Part shown: positions 62,621 through 64,000 of the stretch, one piece after another
How positions within the stretch are numbered: position 1 is the stretch's first letter
Layout of the letters: every line of letters begins with the position of its first letter
Source of the DNA: an uncultured bacterium
Lineage (GTDB): Bacteria; Armatimonadota; Abditibacteriia; Abditibacteriales; Abditibacteriaceae
Direction: 5' to 3'
Assembly (NCBI GenBank): GCA_963843795.1
Contig: CAWJLW010000006.1
Coordinates: 1,798,001-1,862,000 of the forward strand
DNA: 64,000 nt
Notes under the pieces: generated by a model
The model's input: the letters and a program-made list of their open reading frames with translations, nothing else
Told to the model about the DNA's origin: nothing
Databases searched by the model: none
Translations under genes and position numbers: made by a program

Positions 62621-63801
62621 ATGATTCCTTACGCAGCGTTCAGGCGCGACAAAGTGTTCACGAAAAAGGACGAGCCGTTGCGCGTTTACGGCACGCTGGG
62701 CGATGGCGAACTGCAAAAGCGCGTCACGGGTGCGATTATCGAATGGTGTTTGCCGCCCGATGTGCGCGACTTCAATTTCGATTTGCTGGACGGCGAAACG
62801 CACAGCATCAGCGATGTTCTTTCGCACGCTTCCAACGTGCCGTTTCTGGCCGAGCGGCGCGTGATTCACGTCACGCGCGCCGAAGCGCTGGATAATCTCA
62901 ATCGCACGGGCGGCGGCGAAAGCAAAGCCAAAAGCAAAACTTCGCCCGCCAAACATCTGAGCGAAGGTTTGAAAAACCTACCGCCGACAACGGTTTTAAT
63001 TTTGTCGCGCACGCCGGAATAGATTCGACCCAAGCGCGCGCAAAAAAGAAAATCGCTGCATCAATGCCGCAGTCGATAAAGCGCTGGAAGATTCCAAAGG
63101 CGGCGCGGGCTTGATTATCGACTGCTCGATGAACCCGAAAAGCGCGTCCACGATTGTCGCGATGCTGGAAAGCGATGCCGCCGAACAAGGCGTGGCCGTC
63201 GAGCGCGGCGCGATTAATTACTCTGGTCGAGCGCGCGGGCAGCGATGTGGCGTTGTGCGCCAACGAATTGGAAAAGTGCATTTTGCGCGTCGGCGTGGGC
63301 CAGACCGTGACGCGCGCGGTCGTCGAGGAAATGGTGAAAGCCAGCGTGCAAGACACGGTTTTCACGCTCGTCGATGCGATACTCGAAGGCAAAAGCGCGC
63401 GCGCCATCGGTTTGATGCGCGAACTGAGCCAGAACAACGAACCACCGGAACTGATTCTCTCCATGCTTTCCAATCAACTGCGCCAACTGCTGCAAGCGCG
63501 CGCCTTATTGGATGCGCGCCTGCCCGTCGCCGCCGCTTCGTTCGCGCGTTTATCGCCCGAACTGGCCGCGCAAATGCCGGACGGCAACGGCAGCTTGCGC
63601 GGCTCGCTGCAATTCATGGCGTGGAAAGCGCGCACCTTGGAATCGCAGGCGCGCAACTTATCAACTGCCAAAATCGAACATGCGCTGCATTTGTGTTTTG
63701 AAGCCGATTTAGCGCTCAAAGGCATCGAAGGCGATGGCGGCTTGGAAGGCAAAAATCAATCGGCGTTGCTGGTGGAATTGCTGATCACGAAAATGGCATA
63801 A
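62621..63801 (+). CDS. holA: DNA polymerase III delta subunit (frameshifts near 63020 and 63215)
   Basis: DFNFDLLDG, PFLAERRVIHV, NELEK, VFTLVDAI.EG, EADLALKG, across three frames. Confidence 0.8.
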
Positions 63802-63806
63802 ATGTG

Positions 63807-63845
63807 AAAACCGCGCGTGAATTCAATTCACGCGCGGCTTTTTTT
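63807..63845. terminator. Bidirectional intrinsic terminator lacking the repeat core
   Basis: AAAA-CCGCGCGTGAATT-C-AATTCACGCGCGG-CTTTTTTT between convergent genes. Confidence 0.75.
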
Positions 63846-63853
63846 GGTTACGT

Positions 63854-64000
63854 TTACTGCCCTTGATAAACGCGCACCCAATCAACATACATATCGGCGC
63901 GGCCATCGTAGCGCGATAAATCGACCGGCCAACCGCCGCCGGTCGCGAGGTTAATCAGGAAGTAGAACGGATACTCTTTGGACGCGGTCATCGTTTTGTG
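63854..64000 (-). CDS. C-terminal fragment of a GH16-like glycoside hydrolase (partial)
   Basis: Manual translation ...PFYFLINLATGGGWP...MYVDWVRVYQGQ*, a typical GH16 C-terminus. Confidence 0.75.
   Translation of the reverse strand, partial: HKTMTASKEYPFYFLINLATGGGWPVDLSRYDGRADMYVDWVRVYQGQ

Noticed and set aside
63000..63230. Programmed frameshifting in holA or other split genes
   Set aside because: No consistent slippery heptamer or stimulatory structure is visible. Sequencing indels are more parsimonious.

Overview
Ordinary-looking bacterial chromosomal segment with about 45 genes. The prepilin/H-X9-DG protein with [13 protein letters not shown] and the carbohydrate-enzyme-rich content suggest Armatimonadota/Abditibacteriota (inference). 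It carries core genes (galT, galK, typA, rnpB, tRNA-Leu, tRNA-Gly, tig, clpP, dctA, ppc, a DAHP synthase, holA), several signalling proteins and many carbohydrate-catabolic enzymes. No CRISPR array, prophage or transposase was found. The striking signal is a dispersed 12-bp palindrome, GCAAGTACTTGC (often CTGCAAGTACTTGCAG). I counted 40 perfect copies by eye plus about 10 near-copies, against about 0.004 expected by chance. It occurs in most intergenic gaps and inside coding genes in all three frames (LQVLA / KYLQ / ASTC). It often forms the centre of 30-44 bp perfect palindromes whose arms differ at every site. This looks like a HIP1- or DUS/USS-like genome-wide motif system that I do not recognise as described. 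Secondary findings are a short-variable-arm tRNA-Leu(UAG), an RNase P RNA with an extra helix, a degenerate GGDEF protein with an intact I-site, and two Thr-type sulfatase-like enzymes. Nine single-base frameshifts, including in holA, are most likely sequencing errors.
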